Below are positions 18,598-27,693 of a stretch of 64,000 bases of DNA, piece after piece (the first letter of the stretch is position 1; the number at the start of each line of letters is the position of its first letter). Origin of the DNA: Candidatus Eiseniibacteriota bacterium (GTDB lineage: Bacteria; Eisenbacteria; RBG-16-71-46). The stretch lies in contig OY970342.1 in the NCBI GenBank assembly GCA_963717505.1, positions 3,520,001-3,584,000 on the forward strand, in the 5' to 3' direction. The position numbers and the translations under genes were made by a program. The notes beneath the pieces were generated by a model. The model searched no databases, was not told the origin of the DNA, and saw only the letters and a program-made list of their open reading frames with translations.

Positions 18598-19478
18598 GCC
18601 GGGCCCGGCCCGACCGGCTGGTCTCCCTTCGAACGGCGTTCGAACGCTACTTCGCCCGCGCGCTGCCGGCGGCGACGCGCACACCCCGCCGCCTGCACAC
18701 CGCGATGCGCTACGCCGCGCTGTCGCCGGGCAAGCGATTGCGACCGCTGCTGGCGCTGACCGCGTGTCACGCGGTCGGAGGCCGGTGGCAGGACGCGCTT
18801 CCGGCTGCCGCCGCGGTCGAGATGGTGCACGCGTTCTCGCTGGTCCACGACGACCTGCCGGCGATGGACGACGACGACTACCGCCGAGGACGCCTGACCA
18901 CGCACAAGAAGTTCGGCGAGGCGCTCGGAGTGCTCGCCGGCGACGCGTTGCTGGCGCTGGCGTTCACCGAGCTGTCGCGGTTGGCAACGTCGCCGGCGCG
19001 CGTGGTTCGCGCGCACGCGGTGCTCGCGCGGGCGGCGGGCAGCGAGGAGCTGGTCGGCGGCCAGGTGCTCGATCTGGAAGCCGAGGGGCGGCGTGTTCGT
19101 GCGGCCGGCGTACGAGACATCCACCGACGGAAGACGGGAGCGCTGATGGCGGCCTCGCTGGTATTGGGCGGCTTGGCCGGCGGCGCCACGCCCGCACGCC
19201 TGGCGTCGCTCGAGCGGATCGGCCTCGATCTCGGAATGGCATTCCAAATTCACGATGATTTGCTGAACCGAAGCTCGTCGCTGCGCAAGCTCGGCAAGCG
19301 CACCGGAACCGACGAGGCGCGCGGCAAGGCGACCTATCCCCGGGCGGTGGGCGAGGAGCGGGCTCGGCGCGAGGCGGAGCGCCGCTTTCGATCGGCGCTC
19401 CGCGAAACCGTCGCACTCGGGGCCCGCTCGGGACTCCTGGAAGGATTGATCGTCGAGACCGCCGAGCGGCGGCGCTAG
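18594..19478 (+). CDS. ispA: Polyprenyl (farnesyl/geranylgeranyl) diphosphate synthase
   Basis: GKRLRP, SLVHDDLPAMDDDDYRRG, GQ.LD, KTGAL, FQI.DD, GKATYP. Confidence 0.92.
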   Translation: MSRARPDRLVSLRTAFERYFARALPAATRTPRRLHTAMRYAALSPGKRLRPLLALTACHAVGGRWQDALPAAAAVEMVHAFSLVHDDLPAMDDDDYRRGRLTTHKKFGEALGVLAGDALLALAFTELSRLATSPARVVRAHAVLARAAGSEELVGGQVLDLEAEGRRVRAAGVRDIHRRKTGALMAASLVLGGLAGGATPARLASLERIGLDLGMAFQIHDDLLNRSSSLRKLGKRTGTDEARGKATYPRAVGEERARREAERRFRSALRETVALGARSGLLEGLIVETAERRR

Positions 19479-19568
19479 ACCGAACCGGACGTGTCGTTCG
19501 TCATCCGCAGGTCGGTGTTCCCGTCCGAACCTGCCGTCACGACCAGGTTACAGTGGCTGCCAAGATGG

Positions 19569-20252
19569 TCACCGATAGATCGTCTTGAGCTGCCCCCAAC
19601 TCTTGCGCCTCACCGGCGTCGTTGCGTCGCAGAACTCGATCCTAAAGATGAAGTCGGCATTATCTTCCCCGCCGGCGACCGGGGCGAGTCCGCAAAACGA
19701 CAGCGCTCGGCCGGTTATCCATGAGATTCCGCTGGGATAGGGATTGAGCGTATCCGCGATAAAGCGAATCTCCCCGGGGTTGCAGGACTCAGCCTGGATG
19801 AAGAACGCGTACAGACCGCGCCGAGGCAGTGCCAGCGGTGGATCCAGCACGAACGGCATTTCCACCAGCTGACCTGGCGGGTTGCTGTCGAAGACCTCCA
19901 CGGTTGGCCCGTCCAGGAGGATCTCGCGGGTGTTGGGTCTCGGCGGGCTCAAACTCTCATCGACCTCCGTGATGAATAGGTGTCCGCCGAGAGAGTTGGC
20001 CCATGGCGGGCGCCAAAGCGTGATCATGGAGAGCAAGGTCTCCGGCGCGTAGAAGCTCTGTCCGACTGCACGGCCGAAGAACGTGCCGCGGGAGACATTC
20101 CACGAAGCGGTGTCGAGTTCAACCACCCTGGGTTGGCAGGCGCTAGCCGCCAAGGTGGGCTTCACCAACGCGGGGTGGGCCATCAGGTTCGCCCCGACGC
20201 CGCCGAGAAACCCCATGGCAGTAATGCCGAGGAACAGAAGACGCCCGGTCAT
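19569..20252 (-). CDS. Secreted hypothetical protein (227 aa) with C-terminal 'TTPVRRKSWGQLKTIYR' tail
   Basis: ATG at 20252 overlaps the upstream stop (ATGA); hydrophobic N-terminus; Cys-containing beta-rich body. Confidence 0.75.
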   Translation of the reverse strand: MTGRLLFLGITAMGFLGGVGANLMAHPALVKPTLAASACQPRVVELDTASWNVSRGTFFGRAVGQSFYAPETLLSMITLWRPPWANSLGGHLFITEVDESLSPPRPNTREILLDGPTVEVFDSNPPGQLVEMPFVLDPPLALPRRGLYAFFIQAESCNPGEIRFIADTLNPYPSGISWITGRALSFCGLAPVAGGEDNADFIFRIEFCDATTPVRRKSWGQLKTIYR

Positions 20253-22414
20253 CGCACCATCACCACCTTGCCTTCGCGGCGATCGACTCCGGCTTCGAGC
20301 CGCCACAGGTAGATGCCGGAAGGTGCCGGCTGTCCCGCACGGTCCCGCCCATCCCAGATCAGGCGGCCTCCAGTGGGAGCACGAACCGTGGCCACCATGC
20401 GGCCGCCCACGTCGAACACTGCGAGGTGTGCCGTGACCCCAGGCTGAGTGACTGTTGCCAACCAAAAGAAGCCATCGGTCGGATTCGGGGAGCGGGCCGC
20501 GCCGATCGCCTGCGATGATCCGAAAACCCCCGGCCCCAGTGTGGGCTCGACCTCGATCTCGGCGATGAAAGCATCGGTGCCGCCGCTCGGGGTGGTCGCC
20601 ATGAACTTGACGAAGTAGAACCCGCCGCTCGGCACCGGTGGAGAGCACGTGAGCACGCCCGTGCCCGCATTCCAGCTCATCCAGGGCTGGAGAAGCTTGG
20701 CGTGGTAGGTGCGTGGATCGCTCTCCGGATCCGTGGCGACCACCTGTATCGTGTTATTGGATCCCTGGATCATGCTGAACGGCATCGTTGCCGTCGTGTC
20801 GTGGAGCGCGCGCGTGCCTTCGGTCGTGCTCGTCACCGACGTGAACTTCGGTGGCAAGTTCATGCGGCGGCGAGCGGCCCACACTTGCTTCGAGCCCAGG
20901 AGCAGCCGAGTGCCGTCGGGAGAGAGTCGCGGCGACAGGATCGGGAAGTCACCTTTCTCGGCGAAGTTGGTGTCGGGGCAGTTGATCACCATCTTCGCGA
21001 CGTCCGGGCTCGGCAAGGCAGGGTCGAGTGTATGGGTGAAGATTTTCCGCACCAGCTCGTCCTCCGCCCCGAAGCCGGTGACCATGATCGCGCCGTCGGG
21101 CGAGAGAGCCGGCTGAACGGAGTGGTGTGTAGAGGGTGGGACGAACACGGAGGCTACGGTTCCCCCCGCGGCCGGTACCTTCCACACAGCCCAGGGATCG
21201 TTTGTACTCAGACGGCGCTGGAAATAGATGGTTGCGCCATCGGGCGACCACTGCGGGTAGTAGTCGGTGTCTTGCGATGACGGTGACGTCAGGGCTACAA
21301 GCCCCGTGCCGTCGATGTTGATCTTCCAGAGACTCCAGCCACCACCGGCGTTGCAACGGGTGAAGGCGATGGATCGGCCATTGGGCGAGATCGCTGGCTG
21401 CGTGTCTCCTCGCAATGGCCCACAATTGCTGCTGGCAGTTATCGGAAACTCGGTGCTGCCGATCCATGGCACGAGTCGCCGTAGAACCAGGGAGTCGCTT
21501 CGATCGTAAAGGATCTCCCTATTGTTCGGCGACCAGATAGGGTCGTAGTCGTGGGCCGCTGCCGGAAGGAAGCTGATCTGGGTCGACCCGTTCCCATCCT
21601 TGGGATCGGACGGCACGACGAATACCTTGCACGCCGAGCCGCTGCCGCCGTCGCTGACGAACGCAGTATAGGCCACGTACTTCTGGGACGGCGACCAGGC
21701 GACTTCGCCCTCGCCTTTGGTGCCGACCTCGTACTCCTCGCAGGTCTCGCAGAAGTTGGTCCGGCGCACCAACGTTCCGTGCAAGACATTGCGGTGCCAA
21801 TGCTCGAGATGCGCGAAGGTGATGATGCCGGAGTCCCAGACGTCGACATTCCCGTCGTAGTTGATGTCAACGAGGTCGCCGATCGATTCGGTACGGCCGT
21901 CACCGTCGCCGTCGGTGGTGCGCACGATGCGTTCCGTGTAGCCGTGGTTGACCCCGGACACGAACAGGGTCAGGCGAATCTTCCCCCAGCCTGAGAAACC
22001 GGAGACCGTGATGCGCGTCTCGCCGTTGGCGTTTGTGGAATCGTCGGCGAAGACTGGGTTCGAGACGTCCTTGAGCTTGACGTTCCCCGAGCGAGGTTGG
22101 ATCTGAACCCAGATGGACTCGGGAGGGACGCCCGACTTGAGGTTGCAATTGGCGTCCTCGTAGCGCACCCAGACTCGGAGCTTGGACGGGTGCGGGTGGA
22201 CGAATAGCGGGTGGCCGGAAACGATGACCGTGTCACCCGCTGGGCAGGCCGCCAGCGAGTCGTTCGCGAACCAGTCTACGTTGCAGTTGAGCGGTCCCCC
22301 TGGGCCAGCGAAGCCGCCCGAACAGTTGCAGGCCGCGTGAAGCTGTTCGGGGCGGGGCGAACTCAAGAGCAGGGTGACCATCGCGGCGGATACCAGAAAT
22401 CGGAGCGTACGCAT
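20249..22414 (-). CDS. Secreted TolB-like (PD40) beta-propeller protein with dockerin/EF-hand-like motifs, an Ig-like domain and a T9SS-CTD/FlgD-like C-terminus
   Basis: Signal peptide; repeats WSPS, WSPN, ISPNG, WSPDG, LSPDG; DGDGDG and DINYDGNVD; C-terminus 'FDVGGRMVA...WDGRDRAG...SGIYLWRL'; SD GGAGG. Confidence 0.8.
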   Translation of the reverse strand: MRTLRFLVSAAMVTLLLSSPRPEQLHAACNCSGGFAGPGGPLNCNVDWFANDSLAACPAGDTVIVSGHPLFVHPHPSKLRVWVRYEDANCNLKSGVPPESIWVQIQPRSGNVKLKDVSNPVFADDSTNANGETRITVSGFSGWGKIRLTLFVSGVNHGYTERIVRTTDGDGDGRTESIGDLVDINYDGNVDVWDSGIITFAHLEHWHRNVLHGTLVRRTNFCETCEEYEVGTKGEGEVAWSPSQKYVAYTAFVSDGGSGSACKVFVVPSDPKDGNGSTQISFLPAAAHDYDPIWSPNNREILYDRSDSLVLRRLVPWIGSTEFPITASSNCGPLRGDTQPAISPNGRSIAFTRCNAGGGWSLWKINIDGTGLVALTSPSSQDTDYYPQWSPDGATIYFQRRLSTNDPWAVWKVPAAGGTVASVFVPPSTHHSVQPALSPDGAIMVTGFGAEDELVRKIFTHTLDPALPSPDVAKMVINCPDTNFAEKGDFPILSPRLSPDGTRLLLGSKQVWAARRRMNLPPKFTSVTSTTEGTRALHDTTATMPFSMIQGSNNTIQVVATDPESDPRTYHAKLLQPWMSWNAGTGVLTCSPPVPSGGFYFVKFMATTPSGGTDAFIAEIEVEPTLGPGVFGSSQAIGAARSPNPTDGFFWLATVTQPGVTAHLAVFDVGGRMVATVRAPTGGRLIWDGRDRAGQPAPSGIYLWRLEAGVDRREGKVVMVR

Positions 22415-22620
22415 TTTGGGTGTCCTCCTCCAGATGAAGCAAACATGGAAAAGGCACCGGGGCTGCCACAGCAGTCGAGGTGTCGGCGGAAGGTCGAGCC
22501 GAATCGTCGTGGGTCACGGCAGTGGTTGCCGGCGGTTGGTCCCTTCCGGACCTCGGCGCTTCATCGCGCGGCGGGCGACGGCTGTCCTCGGGGTCGCCGG
22601 GAGAGGCGCGCGACTTGGTC

Positions 22621-22649
22621 ATGCTGAGCGCCGATTGGGGCCCTGTCAA
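22621..22649 (-). promoter_or_regulatory. Candidate sigma70 promoter for the 22414-19569 gene pair
   Basis: Minus strand TTGACA (22649-22644), 17 nt spacer, CAGCAT. Confidence 0.45.
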
Positions 22650-22785
22650 CAGGATTCAGCGTATGCGTCAGTCCCCGGACGACGCGCCATCGTGAGGAGT
22701 TGCCGGCCAGCAACCTGCCGCGTATCGTATTCGGCCGTGACTCAGCCCTCGTCGACAGGAGGGAGTCGGACTCATCGGAGCGCAC

Positions 22786-23226
22786 ATGGACGTCGTTCCC
22801 AACATCGCATTCTGGCTCGCCCTGGGCATCGGCTTCGCCGTCCAGGGCTTCAAGGGCTTTGTCGCCTACTTCACGACCGGCCGCTGGAACCTGCGCCGGT
22901 TCGTCGAGACCGGCGGCATGCCCAGTTCGCACGCCGCCGGCGTTGCCGCCCTGACCACTTCGGTGGCGATCCAGGCGGGTCCGCGCTCGCTGATGTTCGC
23001 GGTGACCCTGTATTTCAGCCTGGTCGTTATGTATGATGCCGCCGGTCTGCGACGGGCTGCGGGCCGGCAGGCCGTGATCCTGAACCGGCTCATCGACGAA
23101 CACTTCAAGCACCCGGAGCGCGACGCCTCCCGCCTGATGGAGCTGCTCGGGCACACGCCTCTCGAAGTCCTGGTCGGCGCCATCCTCGGCGTGGCCTCCG
23201 CGTTGCTCTGGCATGGGATCTTCTAA
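22786..23226 (+). CDS. Divergent PAP2 family protein (DUF212/YuiD-like)
   Basis: AVQ..K, TGGMPSSH, VMYDAAGLRRAAG.QA..LN, ELLGHTP.EV. Confidence 0.9.
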   Translation: MDVVPNIAFWLALGIGFAVQGFKGFVAYFTTGRWNLRRFVETGGMPSSHAAGVAALTTSVAIQAGPRSLMFAVTLYFSLVVMYDAAGLRRAAGRQAVILNRLIDEHFKHPERDASRLMELLGHTPLEVLVGAILGVASALLWHGIF

Positions 23227-23230
23227 CCAA

Positions 23231-25123
23231 ATGAGCCTGCTCGAACAGATCCACTCCCCGGCGGACGTCAAGGCATTGGACCGCACACAGCTCGATGCCC
23301 TGGCCGCCGAGATGCGCCATGTCATCATCCAAACGGTCGCGCGCCGTGCCGGGCATCTGGCCCCGAACCTGGGCGTGGTCGAGCTGACCATCGCGCTCCA
23401 CCGCGTGTTCGACTCACCGCGAGATCGCATCCTGTTCGATGTCGGACACCAGTCCTACCCGCACAAGCTGCTGACCGGGCGCTACGAGCGCTTCGACACG
23501 CTGCGCTCCCTGGACGGCATTGCCGGCTATCCCAACCGCGACGAGAGCGAGCACGACCCCTTCGGTACCTGCCACGGCAGCACTTCGATCTCGGCAGCCC
23601 TCGGCTTCGCGGTCGCGCGCGACCTGCGCGGCGACGACAGCCACGTGGTCGCAGTGATCGGCGACGGTGCGCTGACCGGCGGCATGGCATTCGAGGGGCT
23701 CAACAACGCGGGCGAGCTGGGCAAGCGGCTGATCGTCATTCTCAACGACAACGAGTGGAGCATCTCGAAGAACGTCGGAGCCATCGCTCGCTACCTGACC
23801 AAGCTGACCACCAGCCGGATGTACCTGCGCTTCGAGCACGACGTCTGGGACCTGCTCGGTAAGCTGCCGGCGATGGGGAAGGTGGCGCAGAAGCTGGCCG
23901 GCCGCATCAAGGAAGGGCTGCAGAACCTGGTGGTGCCGGGCGTCCTGTTCGAGGAGTTGGGCCTCAAGTACTTCGGCCCGATCGACGGCCACAATCTCGA
24001 CGTCCTGCTCGAGACCCTGAGCGACCTGCGCCGCTTCGACGAGCCGGTGCTGCTGCACGTGGTCACGCGCAAGGGCAAGGGCTATGGCCCGGCCGAGACC
24101 GACGCCGGCACGTTCCACGGCGTCGGCGTCTTCGATCCCGAGTCCGGTGTCGCGGCCAAGAGTTCCAAGAAGACCTACACCCAGGTGTTCGGCGAGGTCG
24201 CGATCGAGATTGCCGAGCGCATGCCGGAAGTGGTCGCGGTCACCGCGGCGATGACCGACAACACCGGGCTCAAGGCCTTCGGCAAGAAGTTCCCCGGCCG
24301 CTTCTTTGACGTCGGCATGGCCGAGGAGCACGGCGTCACCTTCTCGGCCGGCCTCGCCGCCGACGGGCTGATTCCCTTGACCACGATCTACTCGACCTTC
24401 CTGCAGCGCGGCTTCGACCAGATCATTCACGACGTCGCGGTGCAGAACCTGCACGTCGTGTTCTGCATCGACCGGGCCGGGCTGGTCGGCGAGGATGGTG
24501 CCCCGCAGCACGGGGCGTTCGACGTCGGATTCCTGCGCATGATCCCCGGGGTCGTGGTCATGCAGCCGAGGAACGGCGAGGAGCTGCGCGACATGTTGTG
24601 GACCGCGGTCCAGTACCGGAAGGGCCCGATCGCGGTGCGCTACCCGAGGGCCAACGTGCCCGACCCAACGCCGCCGGCGCGCGAGCCGCGCCTGCTGACG
24701 ATCGGCGAGGCCGAGCAGCTCAGGATCGGTGGCGACGTCGCGATTCTGGCGCTCGGCACGATGGTCGAGCCGTCGCTCGCAGCGGCCGAGAGCCTGGAGC
24801 GGGATGGCATCAAGGCGACCGTGGTCAACGCACGCTTCGCGAGCCCGGTCGACGAGAACGTGATCACCGGATTGGCGCGCTCGATCGGGCGCATCGTCAC
24901 CGTCGAAGAGAACGTGCCCATGGGTGGGTTCGGCAGCGCTGTGCACGAGTGCCTCGACCGCCATGGTCTGTCGGGCACGCCGATGCACCGCATCGCGCTG
25001 CCGCGTGAATTCGTCGCGCACGGCAAGCGCGACGAACTGCTCGAAAAGGTCGGGCTCGACGCAGCCGGGATCGCCCGCCGCGTGCTCGACTGGGTCCAGG
25101 CAACGCAGAAGCAGTACGTATGA
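23231..25123 (+). CDS. dxs: 1-deoxy-D-xylulose-5-phosphate synthase
   Basis: GHLAPNLGVVELT, DVGHQ.Y.HK, GDGALTGG.AFE.LNN, YFGPIDGH, FDVG.AE.H, DRAGLVGEDG..H. Confidence 0.97.
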   Translation: MSLLEQIHSPADVKALDRTQLDALAAEMRHVIIQTVARRAGHLAPNLGVVELTIALHRVFDSPRDRILFDVGHQSYPHKLLTGRYERFDTLRSLDGIAGYPNRDESEHDPFGTCHGSTSISAALGFAVARDLRGDDSHVVAVIGDGALTGGMAFEGLNNAGELGKRLIVILNDNEWSISKNVGAIARYLTKLTTSRMYLRFEHDVWDLLGKLPAMGKVAQKLAGRIKEGLQNLVVPGVLFEELGLKYFGPIDGHNLDVLLETLSDLRRFDEPVLLHVVTRKGKGYGPAETDAGTFHGVGVFDPESGVAAKSSKKTYTQVFGEVAIEIAERMPEVVAVTAAMTDNTGLKAFGKKFPGRFFDVGMAEEHGVTFSAGLAADGLIPLTTIYSTFLQRGFDQIIHDVAVQNLHVVFCIDRAGLVGEDGAPQHGAFDVGFLRMIPGVVVMQPRNGEELRDMLWTAVQYRKGPIAVRYPRANVPDPTPPAREPRLLTIGEAEQLRIGGDVAILALGTMVEPSLAAAESLERDGIKATVVNARFASPVDENVITGLARSIGRIVTVEENVPMGGFGSAVHECLDRHGLSGTPMHRIALPREFVAHGKRDELLEKVGLDAAGIARRVLDWVQATQKQYV

Positions 25124-25995
25124 CCGCGCGCATCCGGCGCGTCGGCGTGCTCGGTCACGCCGATCGCCGTGGCGTCCAACGTGCGGCGAAGGCGCTGCGC
25201 ACATTGCTCAAGCGGCGCGGGATCGAGACTCGATTGGACGCCCGGCTGGGCGCCGAGCTGGGCGGCGGCCAGCCACTGCGCGAGATGGCTCGCTGGTGCC
25301 AGATCCTGGTGACCCTGGGTGGCGACGGCACCGTGCTCGCCGGCGGACGCGCGCTGGCTGGGACCCGCGGCGTCCTGCTGCCGATCAATCTCGGCGGCCT
25401 CGGCTTTCTGACCGTCGCCGACCAGAAGGAGATGGGCAAGGCCGTGCGTCACGCGCTGGATGGCACCTGGCCGGTCGTGGCGCACCGCATGGTCAGCGCG
25501 ATCGTCCGCCGCCGTGGCCGCACCGTACGGCGCGCGGTCGCGATGAACGATGCCGTGATCAAGGGCGCCGGCGGCTACGCTGCGGTGCACCTGCGCATCG
25601 GCACGCTGGGCAGCGACCTCGGGCACCTGGTGGCTGACGGCCTGATTGCCGCGACCGCTGCCGGTTCGACCGCTTACTCGCTGTCGGCCGGCGGACCGCT
25701 GATGGCGCCCGACGTCGAGGCGATGGTCGTGACCCCGGTGTGCGCGCACAGCCTGGGAAGCCGCTCGCTCGTGCTCGCTGCGGGAACCGAGCTGGAGGTG
25801 CGCGTCATCGGCTCCTTCGATCGGCCGGTGCTGCTGCTCGACGGGCAGGACGTCGTCGACCTCGCGACCGGCGACCGGATCAACATTCGGCTCGATCCGC
25901 CGGCGCTGCGCATCTTCGAGAACCCCGCGCGGCCGTTCACCGAGCGCTTGCGGCGCAAGCTGCGCTGGCAGGGAAGCGCCAAGCGCAGCATGTAG
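25120..25995 (+). CDS. nadK: NAD kinase
   Basis: LGGDGT.L, INLGGLGFL, ND, DGLI.AT..GSTAYSLSAGGP. Confidence 0.93.
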   Translation: MTARIRRVGVLGHADRRGVQRAAKALRTLLKRRGIETRLDARLGAELGGGQPLREMARWCQILVTLGGDGTVLAGGRALAGTRGVLLPINLGGLGFLTVADQKEMGKAVRHALDGTWPVVAHRMVSAIVRRRGRTVRRAVAMNDAVIKGAGGYAAVHLRIGTLGSDLGHLVADGLIAATAAGSTAYSLSAGGPLMAPDVEAMVVTPVCAHSLGSRSLVLAAGTELEVRVIGSFDRPVLLLDGQDVVDLATGDRINIRLDPPALRIFENPARPFTERLRRKLRWQGSAKRSM

Positions 25996-26004
25996 GGAGC
26001 GCCC

Positions 26005-27693
26005 TTGCTCGAACGCCTGACGATTCGTGATCTGGCTCTGATCGAAGCCACCGAGATCGAGCTGGGCGCCGGCCTGACCGCGATCACCGGCGAGACCGGG
26101 GCCGGCAAGTCGCTCCTGGTGCAGGCGCTCGATCTGGTGCTCGGCGAGCGCGCCGACTCGGGCGTGGTGCGCGAGGGCGCCACCACCGCGCGCGTCGAGG
26201 CGACCTTCCACCCGTCCCGCGAGGTCGCGAAGGCGCTCGCCCCGTGGCTCGCGGAGCCCGGCATTCCGTTCGACGGCGAAACGTTGATCGTTCGGCGCGA
26301 GGTCTCGCGCGAGGGCCGGAGCCGCGCGATCGTCAACGACACGACGGTGACCCTGGCGACGCTCAAGAGCCTGGGCGAGCGGCTCGCCGACCTTCATGGC
26401 CAACACGAACACCAGAGCCTGCTCCGACCCGACGCGGCGATTGCGACGCTCGATCGCCTGGCCGGGCTGACCGAGACTCGCGAACGTTACGCCGAGAACC
26501 GTGCCGCGATGCTCGAGGCGGCCGCCGAGCTGGCGCGCATCGAGACGTCCCTGGCCCGAGTCGGCGAGCGGCGCGAGTGGCTCGAGGACGCGGCGCGCGA
26601 GATCGACGACGCCCGTCTGGCGAGCGGGGAAGAGGAACGACTGCGCGAATCGGCGGCGCGACTGGCCCATGGCGAACGACTGAGAGAGCTGAGTGCTCGG
26701 GCGCTGGCGGCACTCGGCGAAAGTGACGAGGCCGCAGTACACGGCATCGCGACCGCCGCTCACGCCGTGGAACAGGCCGCGGCTCTCGACCCGGCGCTCG
26801 GCGACCTGCGCCCGACGCTGGACGAAGCGCGCGTCGCGATCGACGAAGCCGTGAGGATTCTGCATGAATACGTCTCGGATCTGGGCGAAGACCCGCGCGA
26901 GCTCGAAGACGTCGAGGCGCGGCGAGAGCTGATCGCCCGCCTCATGCGCAAGCATCGGCGGAGCGTCGAGGACCTGATCGCCTGGCGGAGCGAGATCGCC
27001 GCCGAGTTGGCGCTGGCCGAGGACGGCGCCAACGCTCGCGCCGGCGCGCGCGCGGCACTCGACCAGGCCGAAGCGGCGTGCCTGGCGGCGGCGCGTTCGC
27101 TGTCGCGACAGCGCGCGATTCGCGGCCGCGAGTGGTCGGCGACTCTGACCCGCGGGCTCAAGCCGCTCGGCTTTCCTCATGCGCGAATCGCCTTCGCGGT
27201 GCGCAAGGTGGCGAACGCGGCGCACGAGCTGGGCCCGATGGGCGCGGACCAGGTCGACCTCGAGTTCACCGCCAATCCGGGCGAGCCGGCGCGGCCACTG
27301 CGCCGAATTGCCTCGGGGGGCGAGCTGTCGCGGGTGATGCTCGCTCTCAAGTCGGCGCTGCAAGCTCAAGACTCCGTTGACGTTCTGATCTTCGACGAAG
27401 TAGATTCGGGGATTGGCGGCGCGGTCGCTCAGGCAGTCGGCGAGCGGTTGGCGATGCTCGCGCGTCATCGTCAGGTTCTGTGCGTGACTCACCTGCCCAT
27501 GATCGCCGCCTGCGCCGGACACCATCTGCGCGTCACCAAGGAGGTGCGCCAGGGGAGGACGGTCGCGCGCATCGAACCCGTCGAGCGCGATGCGCGCATC
27601 GAGGAGATCGCCCGGATGCTGGCCGGAGCCCGCGCCACGGCAACCACGCTGCGTCAGGCGCGCGAGCTGCTGGGAGCGGGGAAGGGTTCATGA
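26005..27693 (+). CDS. recN: DNA repair protein RecN
   Basis: TGETGAGKS, HGQHEHQSL, ASGGELSR.MLA, FDEVDSGIGG, QVLCVTHLP. Confidence 0.96.
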   Translation: MLERLTIRDLALIEATEIELGAGLTAITGETGAGKSLLVQALDLVLGERADSGVVREGATTARVEATFHPSREVAKALAPWLAEPGIPFDGETLIVRREVSREGRSRAIVNDTTVTLATLKSLGERLADLHGQHEHQSLLRPDAAIATLDRLAGLTETRERYAENRAAMLEAAAELARIETSLARVGERREWLEDAAREIDDARLASGEEERLRESAARLAHGERLRELSARALAALGESDEAAVHGIATAAHAVEQAAALDPALGDLRPTLDEARVAIDEAVRILHEYVSDLGEDPRELEDVEARRELIARLMRKHRRSVEDLIAWRSEIAAELALAEDGANARAGARAALDQAEAACLAAARSLSRQRAIRGREWSATLTRGLKPLGFPHARIAFAVRKVANAAHELGPMGADQVDLEFTANPGEPARPLRRIASGGELSRVMLALKSALQAQDSVDVLIFDEVDSGIGGAVAQAVGERLAMLARHRQVLCVTHLPMIAACAGHHLRVTKEVRQGRTVARIEPVERDARIEEIARMLAGARATATTLRQARELLGAGKGS

